A program made the position numbers and the translations under genes. Below are positions 48,544-58,527 of a stretch of DNA of 64,000 bases, piece after piece. Position 1 is the first letter of the stretch; the number at the start of each line of letters is the position of its first letter. The notes beneath the pieces are model-generated. The model was not told where the DNA came from and searched no databases. It saw nothing but the letters and a program-made list of their open reading frames with translations. The stretch is from Thermoanaerobacterales bacterium 50_218. Lineage in GTDB: Bacteria; Bacillota; DSM-12270; Thermacetogeniales; Thermacetogeniaceae. The stretch covers positions 8,180 to 72,179 of the forward strand of contig LGFL01000002.1 of the NCBI GenBank assembly GCA_001508855.1, written 5' to 3'.

Positions 48544-49629
48544 TCACGCAAGGTTTTGGAAAAGCTCAGACCAGCCGGCTGCAAGTTCTGAAGTCAACTC
48601 ATAAATCCGCAGAGCCGCTTCTTCGGTCAAAGTTCCTGTTCCGCAAGCCGGAGTGACCAGAGACTGGCTGCGGAGCAGTTGGAGATCTACTTTTTTCTCC
48701 TGGAGCCTCTGCAGAAACCCAACCGTAAAGCGTTTTAGGGTCTCTCCGTTTTCCTGAAAGACTTCCTGAGAAGTAGGAACAATGCCCCAGGCGACGACTC
48801 CCCCATGTTCCAGAAAGTTTTGGAGAAGCTCCGAATAAAGGCAGAAACTATCTGCAAACTGATAAGTGTCGAAACTAATCACATCAAGCTCAGATTCGAA
48901 GAGAATCGACCAGTCGAGGTCAGCACAAGTATGAACCCCAACAATTGCTCCCTCATTCCTGAGGAAGGTTGCAAATTCTCGCAGGGCAGCAACCACATCT
49001 TCTCTCGCCACACCGATGCTGTCAAATGACCCACACCTATAAATGACAGGATCATCCATAAAAATCAAAACCGGTAACCCAAACCTCCCCAAAGTGTGCA
49101 CCTGCCAGGCTGCCTGGAGGCAAAGCTGCTTTAAAAGCACATCGCGGAGTTGGGGGTCATAATATGCTGGTTTTCCCTGAGGATCTGTGATCTGAAAACC
49201 GACAGAAAGCAAACCTACAACTTGACCCTTCAGGTATTGAGCTTCCCCTACCCCCTTCTCAGAAAGGTCCTCGACTAAATGGTAGAACCCTTCGGCAGCA
49301 CCGGATGGGAAGGCAAACTGAGCTAACAACTCTTTGTTCCCAGCAGAAACCTCGATGTACAGCTCATAAAACCTGGCAAGGCGATCAGGCCAGTCAGGCT
49401 CATCGCAGGCAAACATCGGGCTTCTACCATTATCGACTTTCAACAGCCCTAACTGTAACAAACATTCCAGAAACTGGTGTAAGTAGCCTTCAAGGGGTGT
49501 CAGTTTCGGTAACTGAGGCCAGTGAGGGATATACGGAAAGAATTTTCTCACAAGGGACACCGCATAAGCAGGATCTTTGTGGGGCAGACTCCCTATTCCA
49601 GTCGCTAGACCAGTAGGAACAAAGTTCAT
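48544..49629 (-). CDS. MetE-C-terminal/URO-D-like TIM-barrel protein (putative zinc methyltransferase fold)
   Basis: Contains VHTCAD (H-x-C) and a C-terminal TPACGTG Cys, spaced like the MetE zinc ligands (by eye). I place the start at ATG 49629. Confidence 0.4.
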   Translation of the reverse strand: MNFVPTGLATGIGSLPHKDPAYAVSLVRKFFPYIPHWPQLPKLTPLEGYLHQFLECLLQLGLLKVDNGRSPMFACDEPDWPDRLARFYELYIEVSAGNKELLAQFAFPSGAAEGFYHLVEDLSEKGVGEAQYLKGQVVGLLSVGFQITDPQGKPAYYDPQLRDVLLKQLCLQAAWQVHTLGRFGLPVLIFMDDPVIYRCGSFDSIGVAREDVVAALREFATFLRNEGAIVGVHTCADLDWSILFESELDVISFDTYQFADSFCLYSELLQNFLEHGGVVAWGIVPTSQEVFQENGETLKRFTVGFLQRLQEKKVDLQLLRSQSLVTPACGTGTLTEEAALRIYELTSELAAGWSELFQNLA

Positions 49630-49666
49630 GTTCAAAACCCCTTTCTTGTGCAATTTCAATTGGTTT

Positions 49667-50665
49667 TCAATAAGCCAACTGTTTAACAATATTAATCACC
49701 AGTTTTGTAGCGTTTTCAAGCTTTCCAGGGTTAATCATCTCAGGAGTATCCTCAATAGTATGATTGTGCTCGAGCCACGTCTGCGAGAGTAGGGTTACCG
49801 CAGGAACGCCATTTTCAGAAAAAGGCTGATCATCAGAAGTATACGCTGAGCTAGTTCCTAGAAACTGGACCTTGACCTGATAGTCCAGTCTCTTTCCTGT
49901 AGCCTCAACCAATGAGATTAGCTGATTATCGCGATCATGGGACCAAACGAGGAACTCCGCAGGCTCTCCATTGCCAAGGGTATCCAGATTGATGACCGCC
50001 TTAATTTTTTTCAGGGGAAAGGTGGCAACAAAATGACGGGAGCCATAAAGTCCTTCCTCTTCTCCAGTCCAGGCAGCGAATAGAATTTGAAGATTCGGCA
50101 TCCGCGGTTGGCCAGCAAAAAAGCACGCTGTTTCAAGAAGCACTGCAAGACCAGAAGCATTGTCATTTGCTCCAGGAAACCAGGCATTTCCTGAAACCCC
50201 AAGATGATCGTAATGAGCAGAAACTATGACCACACCCTTCTGGGAAGGAAACTCGCCGGGTCCCAGAAAAGCAAGAACATTGTCGCTGAGAACAAAACCA
50301 TCACTGTTGATTTTCGGTTTCCAACGCTCTCCCTGCTTCACCAGAACAAAACTCGGAACTTTCACTCGCTGAAAATAGGTCCCCTGATCACCCGCTGGCT
50401 TCAACCCCAATAACTGAAACTGACGTGCCAGGTATCTGGCAGCACGACCACAGCCCGCAGACCCTGGAGCGCGGCCCTCGTAAAAGTCGGAGGCCAGTCT
50501 CTCTATGTGGAACAAAGCGTATCTTCCTGGTTCAAGGCTCAGATCTAGATCTTCGAGTTCCCAGCAGCCACCGCCCTTATCCAGGCAATAGGAAGTTCCT
50601 AAAAAACATACTCCCAGGATTAAAATGCCCACAATCCCGATGGCTTTTTTCTTCATGGACACCAC
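49667..50665 (-). CDS. M28-family secreted aminopeptidase
   Basis: Signal peptide, plus SAHYDHLG, NDNASGLAVLLE and GEEEGLYGS. Confidence 0.8.
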   Translation of the reverse strand: MVSMKKKAIGIVGILILGVCFLGTSYCLDKGGGCWELEDLDLSLEPGRYALFHIERLASDFYEGRAPGSAGCGRAARYLARQFQLLGLKPAGDQGTYFQRVKVPSFVLVKQGERWKPKINSDGFVLSDNVLAFLGPGEFPSQKGVVIVSAHYDHLGVSGNAWFPGANDNASGLAVLLETACFFAGQPRMPNLQILFAAWTGEEEGLYGSRHFVATFPLKKIKAVINLDTLGNGEPAEFLVWSHDRDNQLISLVEATGKRLDYQVKVQFLGTSSAYTSDDQPFSENGVPAVTLLSQTWLEHNHTIEDTPEMINPGKLENATKLVINIVKQLAY

Positions 50666-50721
50666 GAACTTTCCCTTTATTCAAAGGTAATGCTATAATT
50701 GTCGCAAAGGAGGCCAAGACG

Positions 50722-51633
50722 ATGAAATTCCAGCCAGGCTACCTCCGACTTCTCGAGTCAGGGGAACTTGAAGAAAGAACCAAAAAAGCCTATCAGCGAC
50801 TTAGCGCATGTGACCTTTGCCCTCATCACTGTGGAGTGAACAGGCTCAAGGAAGAAAAAGGGTTTTGCCGATCGGGAAGCCAGGCAGTAGTCTCCAGTTT
50901 TGGATCCCACTTCGGAGAAGAAGAACCCCTCGTCGGGATCCATGGCTCGGGAACGATTTTTTTTACCTTCTGCAACATGAGATGCATCTACTGCCAGAAC
51001 TACGAAATCAGTTGGCTGGGAGTTGGAAAGCCCGTTACCTCAGAAGAACTGGCGGCGATCATGTTGCAACTCCAAAACAGGTACCACTGCCACAACATCA
51101 ATCTGGTCACTCCGACCCACTTCGTGCCGCAAATCTTGGAAGCTGTAAAAATTGCCGCAGAGGAAGGTCTGCAGATTCCTCTGGTTTACAACTGCGGTGG
51201 CTACGAAGAACTAGAAACATTGAAGCTTCTTGAAGGAATCATCGATATCTACATGCCTGACCTGAAGTACGATGATCCCGAAATTGCCCGGAAATACTCG
51301 GGAATAAAAGACTACCCCAAATTCGCTAAACTTGCCATTAAAGAAATGTACCGGCAAGTAGGAAATCTTCTCCTAGACGAACAAGGTATTGCCCTGCGAG
51401 GGCTGATCGTGCGTCACCTTGTGCTTCCAGGTGGTCTTGCCGGCACCGAGGGCTGTATGAAATTCCTTGCTAGTATATCTACAGAGATCTTCGTTAATGT
51501 GATGGGACAATACCGCCCTGAAAATCGTGCTTTCGAGTATCCCCCACTCAACCGGAGAATTACTGCTAGAGAATACCAGGAAGCTGTGAGCATTGCCAAG
51601 AGTTGTGGATTGACTGTGCCTTACAGGTTGTAG
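50722..51633 (+). CDS. radical SAM protein (PflX-like putative activase)
   Basis: Contains CNMRCIYC (CxxxCxxC) and an N-terminal CDLCPHHC. I place the start at ATG 50722 behind AAAGGAGG. The ORF-track start at 50425 is antisense to the M28 gene. Confidence 0.8.
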   Translation: MKFQPGYLRLLESGELEERTKKAYQRLSACDLCPHHCGVNRLKEEKGFCRSGSQAVVSSFGSHFGEEEPLVGIHGSGTIFFTFCNMRCIYCQNYEISWLGVGKPVTSEELAAIMLQLQNRYHCHNINLVTPTHFVPQILEAVKIAAEEGLQIPLVYNCGGYEELETLKLLEGIIDIYMPDLKYDDPEIARKYSGIKDYPKFAKLAIKEMYRQVGNLLLDEQGIALRGLIVRHLVLPGGLAGTEGCMKFLASISTEIFVNVMGQYRPENRAFEYPPLNRRITAREYQEAVSIAKSCGLTVPYRL

Positions 51634-52058
51634 ACTTCATTGCCACTGAGAAGTTTAATCCCTTTTTCTTGCATCAACCTCACTGCTGTTTCTACATTTT
51701 CCACCCTGAACACAGCAATGGCATCTTTTGAGATCTTTTCCACAAAAGCATACATATACTCGATGTTTACCCCTGCTTCCTGCATCAACTCAAGGACGTC
51801 AGCAAGCCCACCAGGTCTGTCAGGAACTTTCACAGCGATTACCTCGGTAACACTCACAGTAAAACCTGCTTCTCGGAGGACCTTGTAAGCCTCTTCGGGG
51901 TTGTTAACGATCAGGCGCAAGATTCCGAAATCAGTAGTGTCGGCAATCGAAAAAGCCCTGATGTTGATACTATGTTCCCCCAAAACCCTGGTAACACTAG
52001 CCAGGCGACCACACTTGTTTTCCAGGAACACAGATATCTGTTTTACGAGCATCACCAA
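51621..52058 (-). CDS. tandem ACT domain protein
   Basis: 145-aa ORF with two ACT-like repeats, downstream of paaK as is commonly seen. Confidence 0.7.
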   Translation of the reverse strand: MVMLVKQISVFLENKCGRLASVTRVLGEHSINIRAFSIADTTDFGILRLIVNNPEEAYKVLREAGFTVSVTEVIAVKVPDRPGGLADVLELMQEAGVNIEYMYAFVEKISKDAIAVFRVENVETAVRLMQEKGIKLLSGNEVYNL

Positions 52059-52163
52059 ACCTCCTTCAAATCTAAACTAAAAGTCGCCACACACCACTCC
52101 AACTACAAAGAAAAGCAAACCCCCAGGAAAAAACCACCCTCTCTAAAAGCAAATGCTTCTCTT

Positions 52164-53462
52164 TTAGAGTTGACGCCGGTCGATGACTCTTTTTGCTTTT
52201 CCTTCACTCCGCTCAATGGTCTTTGGTTCCACGAGTTTCACTCGCACTGAAATTCCCAAGACATCTTCAATTTCGCGTCTAATCCGTTTTTCAAGGTGCT
52301 CCAGCCTTCTCACCTCATCGGAAAAGACCTGCTCTGAAACCTCAACCCAAACTTCCAGTTCATCAAGTTGCTCCCTGCGCTCGACAATGATCAAGTAGTG
52401 AGGTTCGGTTCCGCTGATCCGGAAAAGCACTTCTTCGATTTGAGATGGAAAAACATTGACTCCCCTGATTACCAGCATATCATCTGTGCGTCCCTTAATC
52501 CTGTCGATCCTCACGTGAGTCCGTCCACACGGACAGGAGCCAGGAAGAATTGCAGTAATGTCTCTTGTGCGGTAGCGGATGAGGGGTAGCGCTTCTTTGG
52601 TGAGCGTAGTGACGACCAGTTCACCGTAACTCCCCGGAGGTAACTGCTCTCCAGTCTCAGGGTCGATGATCTCCACCAAAAAATGGTCTTCGGCAACATG
52701 AAGCCCCTGTTTTTCCGGACACTCAACAGCCACCCCAGGACCAATGACCTCGCTGAGCCCGTAAATATCAAGGGCAAGAAGTCCCAATCTGGATTCAATC
52801 TGTTTCCTCATGTTTTCCGACCATGGCTCAGCACCAAAAAGGCCTCCTTTAAGCTTCAGATCCTCTTTAGAAATCCCCATTTCCTCCATGACTTCTGCCA
52901 GATAGAGGGCATAAGAAGGTGTACATGTGAGAATCGTGCTCCCAAAATCTTTCATGATCATTATTTGGCGCTTTGTGTGACCCCCGGAAACAGGGATGAC
53001 TGAAGCACCGATTCGTTCAGCGCCATAGTGAACACCGAGTCCTCCGGTAAAAAGCCCATACCCGTAGGCATTATGAATCATTGACTCCTTGGTTGCCCCG
53101 CAAGCAGTAAGGGCACGAGCCATCACCTCGGCCCAGATATCCAAGTCACGCCTGGTATAGCCAACAACTGTCGGTTTTCCAGTCGTCCCTGAGGAAGCAT
53201 GAAGCCGCACCACTTCACTGAGAGGAACGGCAAAAAGTCCATAAGGGTAATTATCCCGTAGGTCATCCTTTGTGGTGAAAGGAAGCTTCGGAAGATCCTC
53301 GAGAGAGTGGATGTCGTTGGGACCCAGACCCCGTGCCTGCAGGGCCCTTCGGTAAAAAGGAACTTCGTAGTAGACCCTGGCGACAGTTTCTTTCAAGCGT
53401 TCTTCCTGAAGAGCACGCAGTTCTGATCTGGGCATACACTCGTATTTTTCATTCCAGTACAT
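52164..53462 (-). CDS. paaK: phenylacetate--CoA ligase family protein
   Basis: N-terminus [23 protein letters not shown], plus the AMP-binding motif SSGTTGKPT. Confidence 0.85.
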   Translation of the reverse strand: MYWNEKYECMPRSELRALQEERLKETVARVYYEVPFYRRALQARGLGPNDIHSLEDLPKLPFTTKDDLRDNYPYGLFAVPLSEVVRLHASSGTTGKPTVVGYTRRDLDIWAEVMARALTACGATKESMIHNAYGYGLFTGGLGVHYGAERIGASVIPVSGGHTKRQIMIMKDFGSTILTCTPSYALYLAEVMEEMGISKEDLKLKGGLFGAEPWSENMRKQIESRLGLLALDIYGLSEVIGPGVAVECPEKQGLHVAEDHFLVEIIDPETGEQLPPGSYGELVVTTLTKEALPLIRYRTRDITAILPGSCPCGRTHVRIDRIKGRTDDMLVIRGVNVFPSQIEEVLFRISGTEPHYLIIVERREQLDELEVWVEVSEQVFSDEVRRLEHLEKRIRREIEDVLGISVRVKLVEPKTIERSEGKAKRVIDRRQL

Positions 53463-53482
53463 CGTGATCCTCCTTTATTCTC

Positions 53483-54340
53483 CTATTTCTCCCCGTTATG
53501 ATCACGGTTCTCGTAAGGTGAAGGAACAAACTGAACCGAGGGACGGCGCTGTGGTGACTGAGGATACAAATCCATTAGAAGATAAACCTCTTTTGGCAAA
53601 TCAGTAGAAACATTGAGCCCTAGTTCCCTGAGAAAATCGCAGGTTATGGGATAATCGTGCGTCCATCTCCCTTCGGTAAGGATTTTGGCGATCCTTTCCG
53701 CCTCTTCCTCACTCATCTTGTCCTTGAGAATTGTACGCAAGGTATCCTCAACCTGGCGGATCGCCTTTCTGGCGACGTCCGCCAGAATAAGAGTTTCATC
53801 ATCGATATCGTTAGGAGCTTTTTGCTCAAGCACCCGCAAAATGGAAACTGCCGGGTACTTTCCTAATTGGGGGTCTACAGGACCCAAGACAGCGTTTTCG
53901 TCCATAACAATTTCGTCAGCAGCGAGGGCGATCAGCGTTCCTCCAGACATCGCATAGTGGGGAATAAACACAGTCACTTTTGCCGGATGCTTGCGCAGTG
54001 CATGAGCAATCTGTTCTGCAGCCAACACCAGGCCTCCAGGTGTGTGCAAGATCAGGTCAATAGGCATATGATCAGGAGTAAGACGTATCGCCCGCAAAAC
54101 CTGTTCCGAGTCTTCGATGTCGATAAACCTGCTCAAGGGGATTCCCAACAAACTGAGAGACTCCTGACGGTGTATAAGACTGATCACTCTTGACTTCCTC
54201 TTTTCTTCGATCTTCCGCAACAGGCGAAGCCTGGTAGCCTGAAGGTGTTGTTGTTTAAGCATCGGCAAAAAACTCATCAAAATTAGGAAAATCCAGAAAA
54301 AATCAAAAGCGGTCATTTTTTCCGTCCAAGACCCCCTCAT
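53483..54340 (-). CDS. SDH-family Clp-fold serine protease (membrane-anchored)
   Basis: Contains LILHTPGG and HYAMSGGTLIALAADE. The start may instead be the second ATG at 54316 (MTAFDFFWIF...). Confidence 0.7.
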   Translation of the reverse strand: MRGSWTEKMTAFDFFWIFLILMSFLPMLKQQHLQATRLRLLRKIEEKRKSRVISLIHRQESLSLLGIPLSRFIDIEDSEQVLRAIRLTPDHMPIDLILHTPGGLVLAAEQIAHALRKHPAKVTVFIPHYAMSGGTLIALAADEIVMDENAVLGPVDPQLGKYPAVSILRVLEQKAPNDIDDETLILADVARKAIRQVEDTLRTILKDKMSEEEAERIAKILTEGRWTHDYPITCDFLRELGLNVSTDLPKEVYLLMDLYPQSPQRRPSVQFVPSPYENRDHNGEK

Positions 54341-54387
54341 TTGGTTCTAAGAGCCCTATCTTGTCCGCCAAATTTATTTATAATAAA

Positions 54388-54639
54388 ATAACCCCGCGGT
54401 TGCCGTGGCTACTGGGTGTTTCCGAACCTCGGCTCAGCACGGTGGTGCCCTCCTGGTTGCTTTTTGTGTCCCTCGCTCCACTCCGTGAAGGAGTGTGCTC
54501 TAACACAAGAGCAACTCCCAGCATCCTCCTCACGGAAGATGCTGTCAGGGCATACAAGCCACAACCAGAGCCCAGGCTCCTCTTGTATTGGTGTTGGCTC
54601 GAAACTCCCCGAGTCCCACGAACACCGCAGGGCTATTCT
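54388..54639 (-). ncRNA. ssrS: probable 6S RNA (about 250 nt, ends paired, large central bubble, branched apex)
   Basis: It has its own near-consensus promoter. The closing helix is CCCUGCGGU (54632-54624) paired with ACCGCGGGG (54400-54392), followed by a U-rich tail. The position directly downstream of aspS matches that of B. subtilis 6S-1 (bsrA). There is no credible ORF. Confidence 0.55.
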
Positions 54640-54645
54640 AAGAAC

Positions 54646-54674
54646 ATCATAACACACAAATCCCCTCTTTTCAA
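54646..54674 (-). promoter_or_regulatory. sigma-A promoter TTGAAA-17-TATGAT driving the structured RNA
   Basis: -35 at 54669-54674, exact 17-nt spacer, -10 at 54646-54651, located 35 nt after the aspS stop. Confidence 0.65.
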
Positions 54675-54708
54675 GGAAAAAAGCAATCTCACATCTTTCC
54701 ATTCCCGC

Positions 54709-56508
54709 TCAACGCGGCGATTTCTGTTCTGCTCTTTCAAGAATGCTGATGTGAAGCTCCTCAAGCTGTCTGGGAGTGACCGAAGCTGGCGCCTGGGTCA
54801 ACAGACAAGTTGCGCTCTGTGTTTTCGGAAAAGCAATCACATCACGAATCGTTTCCCTTCCCAGCATTAGCATCAAAAGACGGTCAAAACCGAAAGCAAT
54901 TCCCCCATGGGGGGGTGCACCACAATCAAGAGCTTCTAGCAAGAAACCAAACTTCTCCTGGGCCTCTTCCTCGGGAAGCCCGATGATTCGGAAAATTTTT
55001 TCTTGCAAGTCGCGGCGATAGTTTCTGATGCTTCCTCCTCCGATCTCAGTCCCATTGAGGATCAGGTCATAAGCACGAGCACGCACCTTTTCTGGTGCTG
55101 TTTCCAAAAAACCGATATCTTCCTCATAAGGTGCTGTAAACGGATGATGGACAGCTTCCCATCTTTTTTCGTCTTCATTATATTCGAGTAATGGGAATTC
55201 AGTAATCCAAACAAAAGAAAAATCTTCGGGTTTGGCCAACTGAAGGCGCCTGGCGAGTTCAAGGCGCAGGTTCGCAAGAACTGGACCAGCAACTTCATCC
55301 TTATCTGCTACAAAGAGGAGGAGGTCACCAGGCTTTCCCCCCATTGCTGTGATCAAAGCTTCCATTTCTTGAGCAGTAAACAACTTAGCAAGAGGTGACT
55401 TCACTTCTTCTCCACCCAAAACAAACCAGGCAAGTCCGCGGGCACCCCAGTCAACGGCAAGCCTAGAAAGCTCATCGAGGACACGGCGAGAAAAAGTTGC
55501 ACCCTCCGGAACACGGATCCCTTTGACAACCCCACCTTTTTGCACTGTCTGGGCAAAGATCTTACAACTGCTCTCCGCTACCAGGGCAGAAACGTTTGTA
55601 ATCTCCATTCCGATTCTGGTATCAGGCTTATCAGTTCCGTACCTATCTAAAGCCTCGCGGTATTTGAGGCGAGGAAAAGGAGTTTTCACGTTTTTCTCCA
55701 GCACCTGAGAAAAAAGATCTGCAAGCATTTCCTCAACTAGGGCAAACAATTCCTCTTCACTTATAAACGACATCTCCAGATCCAGTTGGGTGAACTCCGG
55801 CTGCCTGTCGGCCCTTAAATCTTCGTCACGGAAACACCGGGCAAACTGGAAGTAGCGTTCGAACCCAGCAACCATCAGGATTTGCTTGAAAAGCTGGGGT
55901 GACTGAGGAAGGGCATAAAATCGGCCTGGATAGATCCTGCTGGGAACAAGGTAATCGCGCGCACCCTCGGGAGTGCTCCTGGTGAGCATTGGGGTTTCGA
56001 TCTCGAGAAACCCTTTCCTCGTAAGAAAGTTTCGGATCTCCTGGGCAGCACGATGGCGCATAGCAAAAATCTCCCAGTACTTCGGTCGGCGGAGGTCCAG
56101 ATAGCGATATCGCAGTCTCAGTGCTTCATCCACACTCTCCGCTTCATCAGGATAAAACGGGAGCGAACGAACGGTATTGAGAATCCTCAGTTCTTTGGCA
56201 ACAACCTCGATCTCTCCGGTGGCCATCTTGGGATTCTCGGTACCCGGTGGCCTCCTCCTCACCTCTCCCCGAACGGCAACAACGTACTCAGCCCTGGCAG
56301 TTTCCCCCTTGGCGAACACGTCTCCGCTTTCGTCAGGACTGAGGACTACCTGGACAATCCCAGTTCGGTCACGCAGGTCGAAGAAGATCACACCACCGTG
56401 ATCCCGTTGTCTCTTCACCCAACCCATCAGAACAACGTTTTCACCAATGTGGTCAACACATAGTTCTCCGCATCCATGAGTTCGTCGCAGATCACCAACA
56501 GTTTCCAA
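54709..56508 (-). CDS. aspS: aspartate--tRNA ligase
   Basis: 599-aa ORF with an OB-fold N-terminus, CFRDEDLRADRQPEFTQLD (motif 2 region) and GGGSIR. Confidence 0.95.
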   Translation of the reverse strand: METVGDLRRTHGCGELCVDHIGENVVLMGWVKRQRDHGGVIFFDLRDRTGIVQVVLSPDESGDVFAKGETARAEYVVAVRGEVRRRPPGTENPKMATGEIEVVAKELRILNTVRSLPFYPDEAESVDEALRLRYRYLDLRRPKYWEIFAMRHRAAQEIRNFLTRKGFLEIETPMLTRSTPEGARDYLVPSRIYPGRFYALPQSPQLFKQILMVAGFERYFQFARCFRDEDLRADRQPEFTQLDLEMSFISEEELFALVEEMLADLFSQVLEKNVKTPFPRLKYREALDRYGTDKPDTRIGMEITNVSALVAESSCKIFAQTVQKGGVVKGIRVPEGATFSRRVLDELSRLAVDWGARGLAWFVLGGEEVKSPLAKLFTAQEMEALITAMGGKPGDLLLFVADKDEVAGPVLANLRLELARRLQLAKPEDFSFVWITEFPLLEYNEDEKRWEAVHHPFTAPYEEDIGFLETAPEKVRARAYDLILNGTEIGGGSIRNYRRDLQEKIFRIIGLPEEEAQEKFGFLLEALDCGAPPHGGIAFGFDRLLMLMLGRETIRDVIAFPKTQSATCLLTQAPASVTPRQLEELHISILERAEQKSPR

Positions 56509-57792
56509 CTAACCTTCCTCCTTATCCTTCATTTCCACAATGGTTTTTAATACATTTTCCCTGGGGACAGAAAACTGGTTTCCTGCTCTCATATCCCGAA
56601 TCACAACTTCTCCCGCGGCCATCTCCTCCTCACCCAGAATTAAAACATACCTGGCTCCGATTTTCCCGGCAGACTTCATCTGGGCTTTCAGGCTCCGCCC
56701 CAGGTAATCCTTTTCTGCCCGGAAACCGGCATTTCGCAACTCCATGAGGAGAAGCATAGCCTCCTGTTCCAGCCAGGGTCGGGAATCACCAGCAGCAGTA
56801 GCCACAAAAATAATCGGTTCCTTTGGGGGTAAAAGCTGGACACCGCTCTTCTCGAGAGCAAGCAGTAACCTTTCAATCCCGACAGCAACTCCAACCGCTG
56901 GAACAGGGGGGCCTCCGTAAGCTTCCACGAGATTGTTGTAACGCCCTCCACCGGCTATTGAAGCCTGAGCACCCAGTTCTGAAAAGACTACTTCAAATGC
57001 AGTGTGAGTGTAGTAGTCAAGCCCCCTCACCAGCCTCGGATTAATCACAAAAGGTATTTTTAAAACCCGAAGATAGCTCTGAACATCGGAGAAGTGCTTC
57101 TGACATTCTTCACATAAATTCTCAAGGAGCACCGGGGCGTTTTTCCCCAACTCCTGGCACTGGGGAACTTTGCAATCAAGCACACGCAGAGGATTACGGT
57201 GCAACCGCTCGCGGCAGAACGAACAAAGAGAATCTTGATACGGTTCGAAAAAGGCTTTCAGAGCCTTGGTGTAACGAGGTCTGCAGATAGGGCAGCCGAT
57301 ACTGTTTAGCTCGATCGTGAATTTCTTCAAACCGAGCCTCTGGAAATAATCCCAGGTAAAACAAATCACTTCGGCATCGACAGCAGGATCATGGCTTCCC
57401 AAACATTCCAGCCCAAATTGGTGGAACTGGCGGTATCGTCCTGCTTGAGGGCGGTCGTAGCGAAACATTGGGCCAATGTAGTAGAGCTTCACGGGTTGTG
57501 GCTGGTTATAAAGATGGTGTTCCAGGTAGGCCCTAACAACCGAGGCCGTTCCTTCGGGTCTAAGGGTAATGCTTCGACCACCCCGATCCTCGAAAGTATA
57601 CATTTCCTTTTGAACAATATCGGTGGTTTCGCCAATTCCTCGGGCGAAAAGTTCTGTGTGTTCGAAAATCGGAGTCCTAATCTCCTGATAGCCATACAGC
57701 TTACAGAGATGGCGGACAAGTTCTTCTAAATGCTGCCACTTCTCCACTTCTCCAGGTAGTAAATCTTTTGTTCCCCGGGGCACATTAATCAA
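56509..57792 (-). CDS. hisS: histidine--tRNA ligase
   Basis: Contains PRGTKDLLP and MFRYDRPQAGRYRQFHQ. It has a TTG start, and its stop abuts the aspS start. Confidence 0.95.
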   Translation of the reverse strand: MINVPRGTKDLLPGEVEKWQHLEELVRHLCKLYGYQEIRTPIFEHTELFARGIGETTDIVQKEMYTFEDRGGRSITLRPEGTASVVRAYLEHHLYNQPQPVKLYYIGPMFRYDRPQAGRYRQFHQFGLECLGSHDPAVDAEVICFTWDYFQRLGLKKFTIELNSIGCPICRPRYTKALKAFFEPYQDSLCSFCRERLHRNPLRVLDCKVPQCQELGKNAPVLLENLCEECQKHFSDVQSYLRVLKIPFVINPRLVRGLDYYTHTAFEVVFSELGAQASIAGGGRYNNLVEAYGGPPVPAVGVAVGIERLLLALEKSGVQLLPPKEPIIFVATAAGDSRPWLEQEAMLLLMELRNAGFRAEKDYLGRSLKAQMKSAGKIGARYVLILGEEEMAAGEVVIRDMRAGNQFSVPRENVLKTIVEMKDKEEG

Positions 57793-57886
57793 CAGCGATT
57801 CACTCCTATCTTAAACTAGTTGTCAGGATGTCGAGATAGCCGACTGTGTACCATTGATGGCATCCATAGGCGGACGGCTGCAAGAG

Positions 57887-58513
57887 TCAGAACAGAAAGG
57901 GATTATTTCTCCGTTCTTCCCCTACAGTAGAGGCCGGGCCATGACCAGGATAAATCACGTAATCATCCCCAAGGGTGAGGATCTTCTTTTTGATGGAGTC
58001 GAGGAGTTCTGTGTACGAACCCCCGGGAAAATCGGTTCTCCCGACAGAGCCGGCAAAAAGGGTATCACCTGTGAATACCACCTTGTCTGCCAGCAAACAA
58101 ATTCCCCCACGCGTGTGGCCAGGGGTGTGGATTACCTCGAGCTTGAGATTGTTTCCGATTTCAATTTCTTCTCCTTCGCAAAGCAATACATCTGGAGGAG
58201 GACCTGTTACTGGAGCCCCTAAATATGAAGAAAGGTTAAGCTGGGGATTGGTAAGTAAAGGAGCATCATCTGCATGGATGAGAATTTTGGCCCCTGTTCT
58301 GTTTTTGACCTCACGGTTGGCACTAATGTGATCGACGTGACCGTGAGTATTGATAATGTATTTCACTCGCAGATGCTCCTTTTCGATCTCAGAAACGATC
58401 TTCTCTCCTTCAGCACCCGGATCAATCACAACTGCCTCTTTTGTTTCCTCGCACCAGACGAGATAACAGTTGGCAAGCAGTGGGCCAACCGTAAGGCACT
58501 TTATTTGCATCAT
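57887..58513 (-). CDS. MBL-fold hydrolase (glyoxalase II-like)
   Basis: 208-aa ORF containing INTHGHVDH. Confidence 0.8.
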   Translation of the reverse strand: MMQIKCLTVGPLLANCYLVWCEETKEAVVIDPGAEGEKIVSEIEKEHLRVKYIINTHGHVDHISANREVKNRTGAKILIHADDAPLLTNPQLNLSSYLGAPVTGPPPDVLLCEGEEIEIGNNLKLEVIHTPGHTRGGICLLADKVVFTGDTLFAGSVGRTDFPGGSYTELLDSIKKKILTLGDDYVIYPGHGPASTVGEERRNNPFLF

Positions 58514-58527
58514 CAGATACCCCCATC

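Noticed and set aside
54361-54870. ORFs of 169, 97 and 78 aa predicted inside the aspS-protease intergenic region.
   Set aside because: They overlap each other and the aspS 3' end, lack RBS, and coincide with a promoter-driven, highly base-paired transcript. I interpret the region as non-coding RNA.
57793-57886. T-box leader upstream of hisS-aspS, as in B. subtilis.
   Set aside because: The intergenic region is only 94 nt. It has no terminator or antiterminator and no T-box sequence, and it is too short for a T-box.
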